Source: Azolla caroliniana
Taxonomy: Eukaryota; Plantae; Polypodiophyta
Length of the DNA: 64,000 nucleotides
Direction of reading: 5' to 3'
Assembly: GCA_043228905.1 (NCBI GenBank)
Contig: JBHGNT010000011.1
Coordinates: 15,500,001-15,564,000 of the forward strand
Part shown: piece after piece, positions 22,865-36,975 of the stretch
Position numbering within the stretch: the first letter of the stretch is position 1
How the letters are laid out: each line of letters starts with the position of its first letter
Translations under genes and position numbers: made by a program
Notes under the pieces: model-generated
Databases searched by the model: none
What the model saw: only the letters and a program-made list of their open reading frames with translations
Told to the model about the DNA's origin: nothing

Positions 22865-23457
22865 CACTAAAGGCGCTCAAGTAGTTAACCTAGGATTAGG
22901 GCTAAGTATACTCGTCTATTATAGTAAGACCAAGATTAAGGCCCAAAACTCTAATTTTACTAGAAAAATCACTTTTACAATATAGGCTTAAAACACAAGT
23001 ACAATTTTATTACAATGGTGATTAAGAAAATGTTTACAACTATGACTACAATGGAATGGGGATTATAATGGGATGCAAGACTCCAAGTTTTAGTGACCCG
23101 ACCTCATGAACAATAACCACCATGCCTTTTGTTGTTGTGGCTTTCCATACTCACTTTCAGTCCACCTCTTTTCTTTGTCCTTTGTTGCTCCTTTCAGAAC
23201 CTCTTCAAGCAAGGTACACCAAATGTGCCCCCATGAACTCCTCAGCCATTTCACCAAATGACGTGGAGTAGTAGTAGAAAATCTTTATATATTGTTGTTA
23301 GAAAGATGGATAGAGGTGTCACGTGTGGTAACTATAAAGAAAGAGCCATGGTTATATCACAAAACAACATGCTAAAGATTATAACAACAACAAAGTATGT
23401 GTTGTTGGGTATCTATTTTCAACTAAAACCGGATTTTCACTGAAGTAGAATGATCGA

Positions 23458-23481
23458 AAACCCTAAACCCTAAATCCTAAA
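23458..23481 (+). repeat. Short plant telomere-type repeat / telo-box upstream of argJ
   Basis: AAACCCTAAACCCTAAATCCTAAA lies about 300 bp upstream of the ATG. Confidence 0.5.
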
Positions 23482-23779
23482 GTGGAGCGGATGGAGCATT
23501 CAACATACGTGATTACTCTTCTTAATTATAATGTGATCATTGCATGCATGGCAAGAGATAGAGAAGAAACCAACAGGGGTATTTGGGCAAATTATATATA
23601 TATATATATATAGAAGGAAAAGGGGTGGGAGGGGTATGATTGTGCAATTATAAAAAATTGAGCAGACATAAAGATGTCTGAGTGTAATCGTAGTAAGAAG
23701 GTGAGAGAGAGAAGATTCTGTTCTTCTTCTTCCTTTCTGTAGTACAGAGTCTACTACATACATACAGTCTACTGTGGCC

Positions 23780-26700
23780 ATGGAAGTTCTTTGTTATCAC
23801 AACAAATCTTCCTTCCTCTGCTCTCCTCCTCATCTTTCCTGCTTCCCCTCTGCAAAGTTTTTTCACCTTCGAAATTCTCAGGCTAGTTCTTTTTTGTACA
23901 CTGGTTTTTGTTTGTTCCCATCTAAAATTTGGCTCCTTTTCCTGTTTTTTTTCTTCTTCTTCTTCTTCTTCTGTGAAGAATATGTGTAGTGCCGTTTTTT
24001 TCTTTTTCTTTCTGATCGTAAATTTGGTTTGTGGCTATTCGAAAGAATCTCTCATGTCTGTGCAGCATTTCGGACATGGTCTCTTTTTTCATCCGTGAAG
24101 CGACATAGTATGGCTTCCGATGTCTGCATTTGTTCTCATGCGCATCAGTGCGCTGTTTCCTTCCATGAATTCCTTTTCTTTCGTGACCATTTGTATGCGT
24201 TCATCCGTGCACGTAGCATACTGTATTATTCAGAGCTTTCTTTCTTTTTTTGGCCACATTAAATTTTACATTTTGATTGGTTGGATGTGCTCGCCTGTGC
24301 ATTTGTACAGTTTCCTTCTGTAAAAATGTATGGTACATTTTAGAGCTTTCTGCTTTTTCATACGAGCATTAAAACTGTTACATTTGACAATTTCTTCCTA
24401 CTGGAAGTTATATAATACACTTTGATCGTTTATATGTGATCTTTCCGTTTTTTCTTGTCATCATCGGAACACTTTTATATTTAGTTATCTATTTCCTTCT
24501 GTGAAGATATATATTACATTTTGATCGTTTGTATGTGAGATTTCGGCCTTTTTTGTATGCATAAATACTCAGGTATATTCAAGTATTGATTTTCTATGAA
24601 TAAATGGTACCTCTTGATGGTATGTTGTAAACCCATCTGCCATTGATACAATCATATCTTCTATTCTTGTGAAACTATGGTACCTTCTAAAAGCTTGAGT
24701 GTGAGCCATCTGCCTGTTTTTGTGTATATGAATACAATCATTTTTTCCAAGGCATTCTTTTTATGTGAACACATGGTATGTTACCTATCAATCAGTAATA
24801 TGTGAGCGTTCTGTCTATTTTTGTGTGCAGAGAAGTCCTCTTCTTCACATGTGGAAAGCCATTGTAAGTGAACCAAAGCTCGAGGAACGTATACCTGCTG
24901 CACCCATCTTCCTCCCGGAAGGTCCTTGGAAAGAAGTAACTTTTCTTTGCCTTGGAATTTTGTATTTTTCAGACTGTAGAGAGTGTGTGTTTGTGCACTA
25001 TACTAACGTCTACCAAAGGCAAGATAATCTCTTGAGACAAAAATAGTTACGTCCGAGTGAGATTAATAAAATATCTGATAGCAAAAACATAACAAAAGAC
25101 ATTGTACTAAGTTACATCTATTCAAACCTACCAAAAAGATATATTAGACCTAATGAGTTACATGCCATGCGAAATTATCTCAAGAAGTTCCATAAATTAT
25201 CCTCCGCAGTAAGGTGCCTAGTGGAGCATGATTATTTATTGGTGCATAATGCTTTGCTGGATCAACGGGTTCAATTAATGCATACAATGCTGCAAGTTAC
25301 ACATCTGAGGGCGTTGACAGTGATCCAACTGGATGACTATTAATACTGTTTCCTTGAGCAGGATGTTGGAGAGAGAAATAAAAAGTTATAGTAACCTTTT
25401 CAAAAGGTGAAAGTAATATCATATGTGCCTATGCAATAGAATTTTTAGACAATGGGTTTGCGTATGTTGTGTTATTCAGATTGCCGGAGGAGTTACCGCA
25501 GCAAAGGGATTCAAAGCATCAGGAGTTTATGGTGGACTGAGAGCAGCCACAAGAAAGCCTGATCTTGCTCTTGTTGTTTGTGACGTGGATGCAGTAATTG
25601 CAGGTGAATATATTCTTTTCCTGCTTTTGGAATTTCTTATTAGAAGATCTCGTTTGGATATCTTCATGGGCAGTTTCCTTATAATTCTTCAAACAACATT
25701 TCATTTATATCCATTGTCTTTCTGCTGCCAGGCATCAACTGAATTATGTTTCTGTTTGGTTTTTTCTTAGTCTGTTTATTCGTCTAGAGAAATATGCAAT
25801 TAATTACAATGTCTTCCTGTTGGGAAATGACAAACTGAATTTTATATCATCGTGAAAATATACAGGTACTTTCACTACAAACTTGATGGCAGCTGCACCC
25901 GTTTTGTTTTGCAGGAAGATATTGGAGACATCATCAACAGTGTGTTTTCTGTGCAATTCATCTGAATCTTAATTCCTTCTTACTCAATTCTGGTTTTAAC
26001 ATGCAAAGTATATTCTCAGAGTTATAATTAGTTTTTAGATTTTGATATCGTAATGCAGTTTAGAAATTCCCTGTTGGACACAGTCATCTTAAGGGTTTCT
26101 GTAATCATGGTAGATTAAGCATTACGAAAGTAAGTTGCTAGTAAAGTCAAGAAAAGTCTTAGGTTTACTATCTGACATCTGTGGCAAAGTAGAGGCAAGC
26201 CAAGGCTATCATAATATGAGACTTTGAATAGTTCTACTCTGTTTCTGGTATTTGAATATCCCTCGCTGATTTATAGGCCCGGTTAGTATTAGAGGCAAAG
26301 TTGAAACAAGACTCTCCTGATAAAAAGCCTTTAATGTTTTTGCTATGTTTCTAACATTAGAATCTTCCTCTGTGCTTTATAGACCAGATATGATGAGTTT
26401 AAACATAACCAAGTTATAACATATAGTTCTTTGCGTAACAATACAACCGTGACAAAGAAATAGAAATTGTACCTAAATGTCCTCTTTCATGTATGATGTA
26501 AATGCCAAGAGAAATTAGTCTCTCAACTAAACGATTCAGAGGTTTATATCTGGTAATACGGATGTTCATGTTGAAACCTGTAGAGATTATATAAGCATGC
26601 TGGGGAATAAACTTATATTTCATACACTGTTTAGGGGAATACACTTGTATTTCACAAAGAGATCCAGAGGTTTATATCTTGTAGTATGGATGTGCATATT

Positions 26701-29700
26701 GAAATCTGTAAAGATTATAAGAATGGTCCTTCAAATGGGGAATACACTTATATTTCACACGCCGTTTATTTCTTTGATATCTTGGTTCATAGTGTGGGCC
26801 AATTCTTGCATTTGTGTAGTTAATTGCTTCTGCAATATTTGTGACTAGTTTGATGGCCTAGAGTTCGGATTGGAAGTTAATCTGCAAGAATTAATGAAAA
26901 AGAGGCAATATTAAGTGTTAGATATAGGGTTTGTTGAGTTGAGAGCATGATCATTGAGTGGATATAGGGGAGGCAGCTTCAGAGGCTATGTTGATTGGGG
27001 CTGAAATTAAGGGCAGCACAGAGGGATGAGATATAGGGTTTGAGTTGGGAGCATGAGTTGAGATAGGAAGGAAACATTAGACGTTCTACTGGTGTTGCTC
27101 CAGCTTCAGAAATGAAAGCTGCTTTGACATGTTCTTCAAGAATGGAGACATGATAATAATGTATGCCCTAGGAATCTTGTTGCTGGTAATTATCTTTACT
27201 TGTTTATCTTGCTGTGGAGTAGATACTTATTGTTTTCTTGTTCAACAGGCCCGAGCAGTCTTGATCAATGCAGGACAAGCAAATGCAGCTACGGTATTAT
27301 ATTTTTCAGTGAATTTGTCTTATTCATTGTATAACTCATATCTTCTTGTTGAATATAGAAATAACACCGTGGTAATGCAGGGTGATGCTGGATATCAAGA
27401 TGTGCTTGATTGTGCAGGGTCTCTTGCAAAGGTTTGTATGCTTTATCATGGACAGGTTTCATTGAAATACAAACCTTTTGTGCCATTATCAACCCCACAT
27501 TCCGACAATTGGTTCTTTGCTGTACAGTATTATGTTATGAATGTAATAATTGTTAAGAGGAAAATGATAAAGTTGCTTGTTGTTAATCTGCAAATAGTCA
27601 AGGTCCAAAGGAGATATAAATACCAATACATTGCAGGGAATTGATCTGCATCTGTTTGTAGAAAGTGCGTGAACTCTATATTTGGATGTCTTACGCAGAG
27701 AAAGAAAGGAGCATTCATTAGTACGGCAGAAATCAAAATTTATAATAGTTTTTCCAGTCAAGCTAGGAAGAGTGCTTGGATGATGTTTCATGAGAAACAA
27801 CCTACCATACAAGTCACATCATGGAAGGTTTGGTATGTGCATTCAAAGCTGTATGATCTACCAAAGCAGCCTACTCATCTAAAGTGTGTAAACTCTATAT
27901 TCAGTTGTCTCATGCAGAGAAAGAAAGGAGCTTTCTTTGGTTAGGCAGAAATCAAAATCTATAGTAGTTTTTCCAGTCAAGGTAGGAAGAGTGCTTGGAT
28001 GATGTTTCATGATAAACAACCTACCATACCAATCACTTCACGGAAGGTTTGGTATGTGCATTCAAAACTCTATGATATACCAAAACAGTCTACTCTTCCA
28101 TTTCCCGATTTGCTCTACAATTTTTAACTGGGCGAATGGTGATTAATATGATTGAAACAGTTTAGATCAGGAAAGCCTAAGCCCATCATGACTTGGTAGA
28201 AGGGAATTTTGTGCATGCTCATGATACACTGGCACTACTTCGAACCGTCTCTTACCTCATCCATAAAACTAGCAGGAGAAGATAAAATCAATGGTTGGTA
28301 TTCCCAGATGAAAGAGTGGTTCCAAGCACTTATGGATGGCTTCTATTGGTCTAAACTTGAACTGTCCATTCTGGATTCGTCAAGAGTGGAGGGACAATGC
28401 ATGGATTAGCACATAAAAGGTCATTCTTCTAGGTAGGTAAAACCTTTTGTAGGAAAGTTAAGTATAGGATCAAACATGACCTATGAAGGTAATCCTCCTC
28501 GTAGATAAAACTTTGGTAGAATGATTTCTAAATTGAAAAACCAAGCCCTTAATGCATATATTTTTCTGTTGCATTTTCTCATGATTTTAGCTGTATTAAT
28601 GTGTCCTTTTCATCTGGATTTGTCAAGTTTTTGAGCTAATATATTTGCAACCGATTTATTATAGATTCTTGGACTACCGCTTGAAGCTGTGCTCATTGAA
28701 TCAACAGGTGTCATTGGACATAGAATAAAGAAGGTAAGTGGATATGTCTTCGAATTATTATTCTCCCTCCATGTAGTTTTTTTGTGTCGAATTCTTGTCT
28801 TTCACAGATGTTCTTTGTATATCTGGGCCATAATTGGATCTTTCAAGTTATATGATGTCTCTATCTGCTTTTATGAAAGTCCAAAAGTGATTGTGTTAGC
28901 ATGTTATAATCACTGGAAGAATCTAATTTGCTATCCCTATAATAACAAATGCGTGTACATGTGTTCAATGACTTACCACTTGCTCTTTCAGGATCGTCTT
29001 CTTGACGCGCTTCCAAAACTCGTGTCAAGATTGTCCAGTGATGCTGATAGGTAATGTTTGGCCTCTGTGCTATTTTGTAACAGCTACATTTACACACAAA
29101 TGATGCAGGGAAAAAGCATATATACACATATTCTTCAGACAAAGGCTTTCAGATGAGTGCAGAAGTGAGGAGCAGGACCTGCCACAGAACTGATTCCACT
29201 AATTGTATTGTATGAATTAGAAGAATTTGCATGGTATCAATACTTAATTCCACATAGCTTTTTGTCTCCTTTACATAGAGTAGTGCCAACATAGATTTTG
29301 CATCTAGTGCATATGAGGATCAATGGATCAAGAAAGAGAGAGGGAAAGGGATATTAAAATTAAACCTCTGATCCGTTTTAAGGCAAAAGAAGATGAAGCA
29401 AAACAATACTTGTGCAAAATTTTGTATTCCCTGTGCTTTTTTGCGTCAAGATTATTTCATTTCCTTCTAGCAACTAATACTGTACCTGCCCGCTCGTTTG
29501 TAATGATTCAAATCCCGTGTCCAAAAATGTCCACATGCATGACTCATGAGGGCCTAATGCTGATGGCTCTGAGCCTGCATGATATGCTGGTGAGGATACA
29601 CAAACTTTGTTCTTCGGATGGCCGCATGGATATTATCCTTCACCTGCAACCTGCAAGTGTGTTGATTCATCCTTGAGTATTAAAGACTTGCGAAACAACC

Positions 29701-31789
29701 CATCAAGATACAGCCAAATAACAAATGTCTTGCTTTTAGTACTGCATGAATTAGAAATTTTTAGTGTCCACAAAGAGGCCAATCTTGGCCCATGGACCCA
29801 AATCTTCTTAAAAGTGTATGTCCTTCCAAAGAACAAATATTCATGGAGCAAAAAGTGTCTATATGTGAGTGCATTTACATGCAAACTCAACCTTTTAGGT
29901 ATAATGCTTTAAGGATACGGGCCATAAGATAAAACATGGAAGAGAGTGTTCAATATCGAAAGCCATATATTACAGTGCATGTGAAGCTGCTATTGCGATA
30001 ACTACCACAGACCTTGTGAGCAAAAGCATTGCTGTTGAGACCATGATTGGAGACACAAGTGTGAGGCTTGGTGGGATGGCTAAAGGTTCTGGCATGATCC
30101 ACCCAAACATGGCCACGATGTTGGGGGTAAGAGTTACTTGTTATCATTAATATTGATTGTGTTCGTTCAGTAATGAGAGATGTTCCTTCCATAGGTGGTT
30201 ACTTGTGATGCCAATGTGGCAGTTGATGTTTGGCGATCGATGGTACAAACAGCAGTCAACCGGAGCTTCAACCAAATTACAGTGGGTCTAGTAGAAGTCG
30301 ACCTGTGTTATGTTTGCAATGAGTAATATTTTATGTTTCAAAGCCTTCGTCACGGCTTGCTGTTCATTTATTGGAAGAGGAAATGTCTTGACAGTTGGTT
30401 TATTGCTAATCTCACTTTATTTTCGTGGAATTTGAAATTGTTAAATGTGCTTGCAGGTTGATGGAGATACAAGTACAAATGATACCCTTTTGGCATTGGC
30501 AAGTGGTGCTTCTGGATGCCAGCTAATTTCAAACATCGAGAGTCGCGAAGCACAAGAATTACAAAGAGCTCTTGATGCTGTGAGAACCTCTGATTAATCA
30601 TGCAGTTATTTGTTCAAATAGCTGTTGAAGCATTTTTGAGAGAAAATCATAGCTTCATTGGTGTGTGTTGTGCCCAGCAAACTGGAATCTTTATTAATCA
30701 GGAAATCATTAAATTTGTCTAGGTTTTGCAAGGGCTGGCCAAATCTATTGCTTGGGATGGTGAAGGAGCTACTTGTTTAATTGAGGCAAGTGTTTATATC
30801 AAAAGGCGTGGAATGTGCACCATCTCAATAAAATTTTGACTCTTCATGAAATTGAATATTTAAATACAGTCAAACCTTGTTGATGCAAGTTTGTTTCCTT
30901 CGTTTATCTGACTTATCTAATTTTTCTCCACTTCTGTCCTCCTGTTAAAATATTTGTCTAATTCTTTCTAAAATAAACCTGTGCATGAATTGCAATTTGA
31001 CGGTTAAATAATATCGCTGGGGCTCATGGAGGTAATGATTATTCGGAAAACTCAAGCCATAATCATCAAGTGACGTTTCGTTCTGGGAAGGGAATTTCAT
31101 CTATAAATATGGTTTATTGTACTGCTATGTTTTCATATTCTCATCAATAATTGTTGTAGGTTCACGTGATGGGAGCAGAAACTGAGATGGCTGCTGCTGC
31201 TGTAGCACGAGCTGTAGCTGCATCTTCTCTAACAAAGGTTGTCTCTCATTATGGCTTTAATCATTGTAATTGAAAACTCTTTATTCCATGAGAAGTGCTG
31301 ATGATTTCAATTTTATTAGGCTGCAGTATATGGAAGAGATCCCAACTGGGGCCGCATCGCTTGTGCAGCAGGTTATGCTGGAGTAAAGTTTGATCCTAAA
31401 AACTTACAAATTCATCTCGGAAACTTTCTCCTGATGGATGGTGGCCAGCCACAAGCATTCGATAGGTAACTTGAATGATGTTACATAATTTAGTTGAATA
31501 ATGATTTATTTAGGTATTCTAGTTTATTTCCACTGACATACATATATTTAGGGACTCTGCAAGTAAGTATCTGAGGGACGCTGGAGAGAAACATGGTGTA
31601 GTTCACATAAATATATCAATTGGTATGTATCTGGTAGTGGATATTTTTCAATGTAGATTTCAATTGGGTACCAAAAGACAAGATAAATACTTAACTTCTC
31701 TATCAGGTTCGGATGCTGGATCAAGCACGGCTTGGGGATGTGATCTGAGTTATGATTATGTGAAAATAAATGCTGAATATACGACCTAA
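23780..31789 (+). CDS. argJ: Plastid glutamate N-acetyltransferase / ornithine acetyltransferase (ArgJ), 16 exons
   Basis: Exons 23780-23881, 24831-24935, 25480-25603, 25866-25939, 27249-27293, 27381-27431, 28665-28733, 28992-29050, 29976-30126, 30195-30281, 30457-30579, 30723-30785, 31160-31237, 31320-31465, 31552-31622, 31707-31789. Motifs [51 protein letters not shown] and [18 protein letters not shown]. Ser-rich transit peptide. Confidence 0.96.
27662..28095. repeat. Tandem duplication (~219-bp period) in an argJ intron
   Basis: Units begin AAAGTG(C/T)GT..ACTCTATATT at 27662 and 27881 and share long identical blocks. Confidence 0.85.
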
Positions 31790-33369
31790 CTCAAAAATAA
31801 ATTCTGAAAATCAATGTCGCATCGAAAATAAATGCAAGAGTTGACACATGGGCGTATGTCAAAAGTTGGTGTATCCTGAGGATAAAAAGTGCGTTTTCTA
31901 TTGTTTGAATTATTTAATGGCGTTTTGGATTATTTAGGGTTTGAGGTACATAATTTTGCTAGCTTATATGATCATTGTTACGAGTTCAATGGGGATCCTT
32001 GTGGTTGCATTTATAGTTTAGATCTTATTGTTCATCTGTTGGCACATTCACGTGTAATATAGTCTTGTGCTATGTAACATTCCATGACTGTATAGTCCAG
32101 CAGAGGAGCTTATAATATCTCTGCAATAGAGTGGGGATTTCTCCTATTACAGCTGTATACAGTCTTTCTACCACTGAGGATGTATGAAGCGATTTCCCTC
32201 TTGTTACGTGGCCTATGATTTCCCTGATCTAATGCAACACACGTAGAAAGACTAATCTACAAGCATAGTCGAGAATGTACACATAGAAGCATAAAAATGA
32301 TGATGGATATCTCAGCCATGAATGATAAACAGCACTTTATGGGACCATTTGCTTTGGGTTTTAAGCATGTTTGCAAATTCAATATTACACTCAGTGAATA
32401 AAGGGAGTTGGTGAATGATGAGCAGCTCATCCCTACTTCAAGGCTATTAAAAGTTATATTGGGCATCTTACACAAGAACCAAAAGCAAACTTACTAAGAA
32501 AAGCTAGTTTTACTCTGGGACAATGTAACAGGAAATAGGATGATGTTAGGGTTTACACAATCTAAACATATGGACAAAGTTAAAATTAAAGATACATAAT
32601 AACAGCTTCAAGCTATCACAATGAGCACTCCACGTCAAGAGGTAGTTATCAATAATTATCCCAATAACTCCACAACATCAAAAGATAGCTATCAATAAAG
32701 TGCTGCCATCCAATACCTCACCAATGAGGATAAAGAGGCATAGTTGTGTTAAATGACGTGTCTCTCAATAGATCAAGCTTATCTCCACCTACATTTGCAC
32801 GACTGTTATTAACTTTTAATGTGCACTTCTGGGTCAGGTGACCAAGGAAGTCAGTTTTCTAGATTAAGGAGATGCTCAAACCCACCCATATGCTCACTTA
32901 AATTATAACTTTAGTCTCAGTGAAGTGTTCTTTGCTGGTATCTTTGGGTCTTTGATGTATACACAGTTATCTACATGGTCAACTTGGGTAGCTCAGTACT
33001 AAAAAAAGGTAGATAAAGGAACTATATTTCATGAGTTGTGGAATACCTGCTATCAGGCCGGTTTTCTTGAGGTGCAAAAATGAATGTGACATCATATACT
33101 ATATGCAACCATCAGATATATGAAACTTTTTCTATTAGAGTCTAATAAGTTATTCCTGGGCATACCTGAATTATTGAAAAAAGACACATTACAATACTCA
33201 TATCATCAACAAGCACAGGGTGTTGACACTCATGCCCAACATTTCTAGACCTATGTTTCCTCTTCTTTATTCTTCGAAAAAAACCTCCTGAGATGATACA
33301 AAAACAATTCTCAATAACAGATTTGAAGAATTAGGTATATATTGGTTAGCCAAGTGCAAGGACACCATT

Positions 33370-36300
33370 CTATAGAGGCCCTGCAAATGTTCCATTCTCC
33401 CTTTGTTCATTCCATCTTTCAACCTGTAGCATAAAATCCAAAATTAGTTTGGCTGATCATTGGTAACCATTTTCATGAAATCTTGCACATTATACAGTGA
33501 AGCATACCCATTCATTAGGGCATAGGGAACGATAATATCTCGCATACTTGTCACAGTCCGTATTACCCTCGCCCTTAACTTGTACACATCTGCATAAAAC
33601 GTGTAAGGGAAATTAAAAGATGAACACTAGGAAACATGAGTTGCAAATTGGCATTCTTTGACTCATTAATATATGCAAAGAAATACGAGAGATAAAAGTA
33701 AATTTTTTCCTTTCACGTTCAAAATCTTATGCAGATTAGGTTTAGTCTGGTAAATATACTCCAAACTGCACCAAGTTAAATATGGTCCCCAATATCGACA
33801 CTCTTTCTAATAGTTTCTACATATCCTCCACTGGGTATGTACTATTTCCCTTGAATGTAATTTCAGTCTGTTTTGGGGTTAACTGGATTTTTTTCTCTGG
33901 GTTTTCCATTTTCCCTCTACAGTCCCCTTTTTTAGAATGAATTCTCAATAATTGTCAAGGGGTAAGAGAAAATCAAATCGTGTGGAAATTGGTACATGAG
34001 CAGAAGATAGCAGGAGATCCAACAAGAAAGTTTCATGAGATGTTTCTGAGAAGAGAAGCTTGAGACCTCTTCTTCATGGACCATCCCATCATTTCAGATG
34101 AGAGGAAAGATATATGAAAGTGATAACTACTAATGGTATGCCTGGCACAAGCACTGAATAACATGAACATCCACAGGGATTGGTTTTCTGCAACATTATG
34201 CTTATGTCTTTCCAGCCATTTGAAATGGTGCAGGGGTCCCATTTCTATCGAACAAACTAATTTGTTCATGCATAATGCCTTTCAGTCTATACATTTTGTG
34301 TAGAAAAAACAGGGAAACTCAACACAAATTGGATGGATGGCCTCCTGGAATCTCGAGGAAGAGCAGAGGTGACTTGTAAGAGCTTGATAAATCATAAAAT
34401 GCCTACAGATAATTAACAGAGCCTTATTACTTCTTTCTTAATTCTTATGACATGGGAAAAACGTTTCATTTTTTCCACGATTTTGACCATCCTTGAAGCT
34501 TTTAATATGGTTTTTGTTACCTTTCTGATGTGAAAGAGCTTGATGCATCATAAAATGCTTACAGAAACTTGACACCACATTATTATTTATTCTCCCAATA
34601 TTGATCACATGGGAAAACATTTCAACTTTGCCTCGATTTTTCTTTTATCATTGTTTTGATATAACTTTTCCAAGACAGGCAGTATAAAAACGGGCTGTAA
34701 AAATTTCAATATAGAAACCTGACCTCTCCAACACCTCGTGCTTAAACTGACAACTACCCAAAACTTCAGTGTTCACCCTAATCTTTGTTGTTTAATATCT
34801 GACGGTTTTGCTTTTCTCTAAGCTTTTTGTTACTGCTTGTTTATGAAGATTGGAAGTTCATTCTTTCAGTTATGAGTTTTTCCTCAGGCCTAAATCTGAA
34901 CAGCAATGATGTAAATCTAAAAATCGATACTTATCATAATTGGGTAACTACATATCACTGAGGTACCTAACCTCTGAGAAATGGGAATACTGTTCATAGA
35001 CCTGACAGAAATTGCATTCATTTACGCATGATACAAGGATACTTGACCTAGCATCCTTTACTTTACCCTCTCATTCTTTATCTTACAAAAAAACTTTAAC
35101 AAATAATATTGAAGATAAAATATAATAACTAAACTCTCGGTAAACAGGCATGATCTTCAGGGTGCAATTAAGTGTATTGAATCTAGATTTTTCCAAATTA
35201 CATACCTATGATACTCCACATAACGCGTAAAACAGTGTTTCGCCTGATTGGTTGTAGGAAAACGAAAATCCATTGGTGCTGTCTTTATGTCATCAACCTG
35301 AAAATGCAAAAGAATTAAAAGAGCTGTATTATGTAAAGGGTATTGAGGTACTCAGAGACCTTAGTCATGTTTATACAGGTTCTTAGCTAATTTCACTAAT
35401 GCTGACAATGCAGGAAAGAAAAGAAAGAGTTATATATGTAACAAAACCTTAGACATGCTGTGGAGGAATATAGCTAGAGCACCTTAGACATGGCACAGAC
35501 GTATATATCCAATGTCAATCATTGGTATAGAAAACAGCAAATCGATGTCATTTTAAGTGCTACTATGCAATATACTAAAACAAAAACACTGGATCTGTCA
35601 TGTAGGTATTTACTTATCTAATACAGATGTCTGGTATATAAATAGAGACTTACAGTCAATTTCCGGGGGGTTTCACTATCTTCCTCTCCTGTAGACTCTT
35701 CTCCATCCTTCTCAGGTTCTGCGTCTACAGTTACTTCTTCTTCTGTCACTTCTGCCTCGGACTTATCCTCCTGAAGATAATATAGCAGAAAATCTCTTCC
35801 ATTGTAAGAGGCAAACTAAGTAATGAACGATAAAATCAAAGAAAGAAAGATTTCTAATTGAAGGAGAGAAATACAACGTTAAAGAATACCCAAAAATTTC
35901 AAAGAAATAAAGATCTAAAATTTCCACTTTTCTAAGAGAAAACTTTACGAAAAAGAGTAAGATGCTGACTCTAACCTCTTGCACTGTCTGAGATTCAACA
36001 ATTGGAGTGATTTCAGCAGCATCACTGCTCTTATCCTCCTAAAGGAAAGAATAGAAAAGAAATATACAGATATAAATCAGTAAATCAGACCTCTCACATT
36101 TCTTCTTCGCTGAAAAAAATATAAACCAAGTGAAGAAAGAGTGTGATCCGTCGCAATGGCCAATCCAATTCCTTGAATTTCTTTCAACTAAACAGAACGA
36201 ACAAATGAAGAAAGATGACGGAGAAAGAGGTTTACCTCCTGCACTGTTTGATCTTCAACAATTTTAGATATTTCTGCAGATTCTCCACTCTCATCGTCTC

Positions 36301-36521
36301 CTTGAGATTCACCGGTTACGACAGTGGGATCTTCTTGAGCTTCTGGATCTACCACAGAAGTAGTAGGAGCTGATTCTTCGGAAGACTGAAAGGTAAGGAG
36401 TGAGACTCCGTGCGAAGAAAACGGAAGAAAGCAGAAAGAGACGAAAATGGAGCAAACGAAACTCTGAGAGAGAGAGAGAGAGATCGAAATGAAGAAGAAA
36501 GAGGAGACGGTATTAAGAAAC

Positions 36522-36556
<35 letters not shown>

Positions 36557-36699
36557 GAAGAAGAAGAAGACACAGAAAACAGTACGAAAATGCTGAGAGA
36601 AAGAGAGAGATCGATCGATAGGAAAAGAGAGGGGCAGAAAAAATAAGCAGTGTGAGAAGGAGGGGAGGGGGAGGGGGTAGTGTAGAGCGAGCTTACCAT
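33370..36699 (-). CDS. COX6B: Cytochrome c oxidase subunit 6b with acidic N-terminal extension (~186 aa)
   Basis: Exons 36699-36697 (ATG only), 36385-36236, 36038-35976, 35770-35654, 35297-35206, 33589-33508, 33423-33370. The core reads TAPMDFRFPTTNQAKHCFTRYVEYHRCVQVKGEGNTDCDKYARYYRSLCPNEWVERWNEQRENGTFAGPL. Confidence 0.95.
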
Positions 36700-36923
36700 G
36701 GCGTGGTAGGCTTGAGGCTTGGAGGCGAAGCTTTTCCTTACGCTGGTGTGCCTGTGCAGCACTGAGATATGAGAGACAAGACAGACAGAGAAGAAGAAGA
36801 TCGAAGAAGAAGAAGAAGAAGAAGAAAGGAAGAAAGGAAATAAAAAAGGTATAATAAATCTCTACATTTTATTATAACTTATAACTTATAACTTATAACA
36901 CGTAAACAAGTAAAGAGAAGAAG

Positions 36924-36975
<52 letters not shown>

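Larger units (their letters stand above)
8765..22881 (+). mobile_element. Near full-length non-LTR retrotransposon (RTEX-like LINE), interrupted by a DNA transposon
   Basis: GC-rich 5' UTR, ORF1, APE endonuclease, RT (YADD) and a C-terminal LRISSHQLEIENGR...RICRLC...EDEYHF..KCP motif. (CT)n(CA)n lies near the 3' end. An exact 20-mer TAGTTAACCTAGGATTAGGG flanks it (8745-8764, 22882-22901). Clade assignment is from motif recall. Confidence 0.85.

Noticed and set aside
36410-36646. Arg/Glu-rich ORFs from (GA)n and (GAA)n tracts (also 56798-57188, 63585-63887)
   Set aside because: They are microsatellite translations in introns and 5' UTRs.
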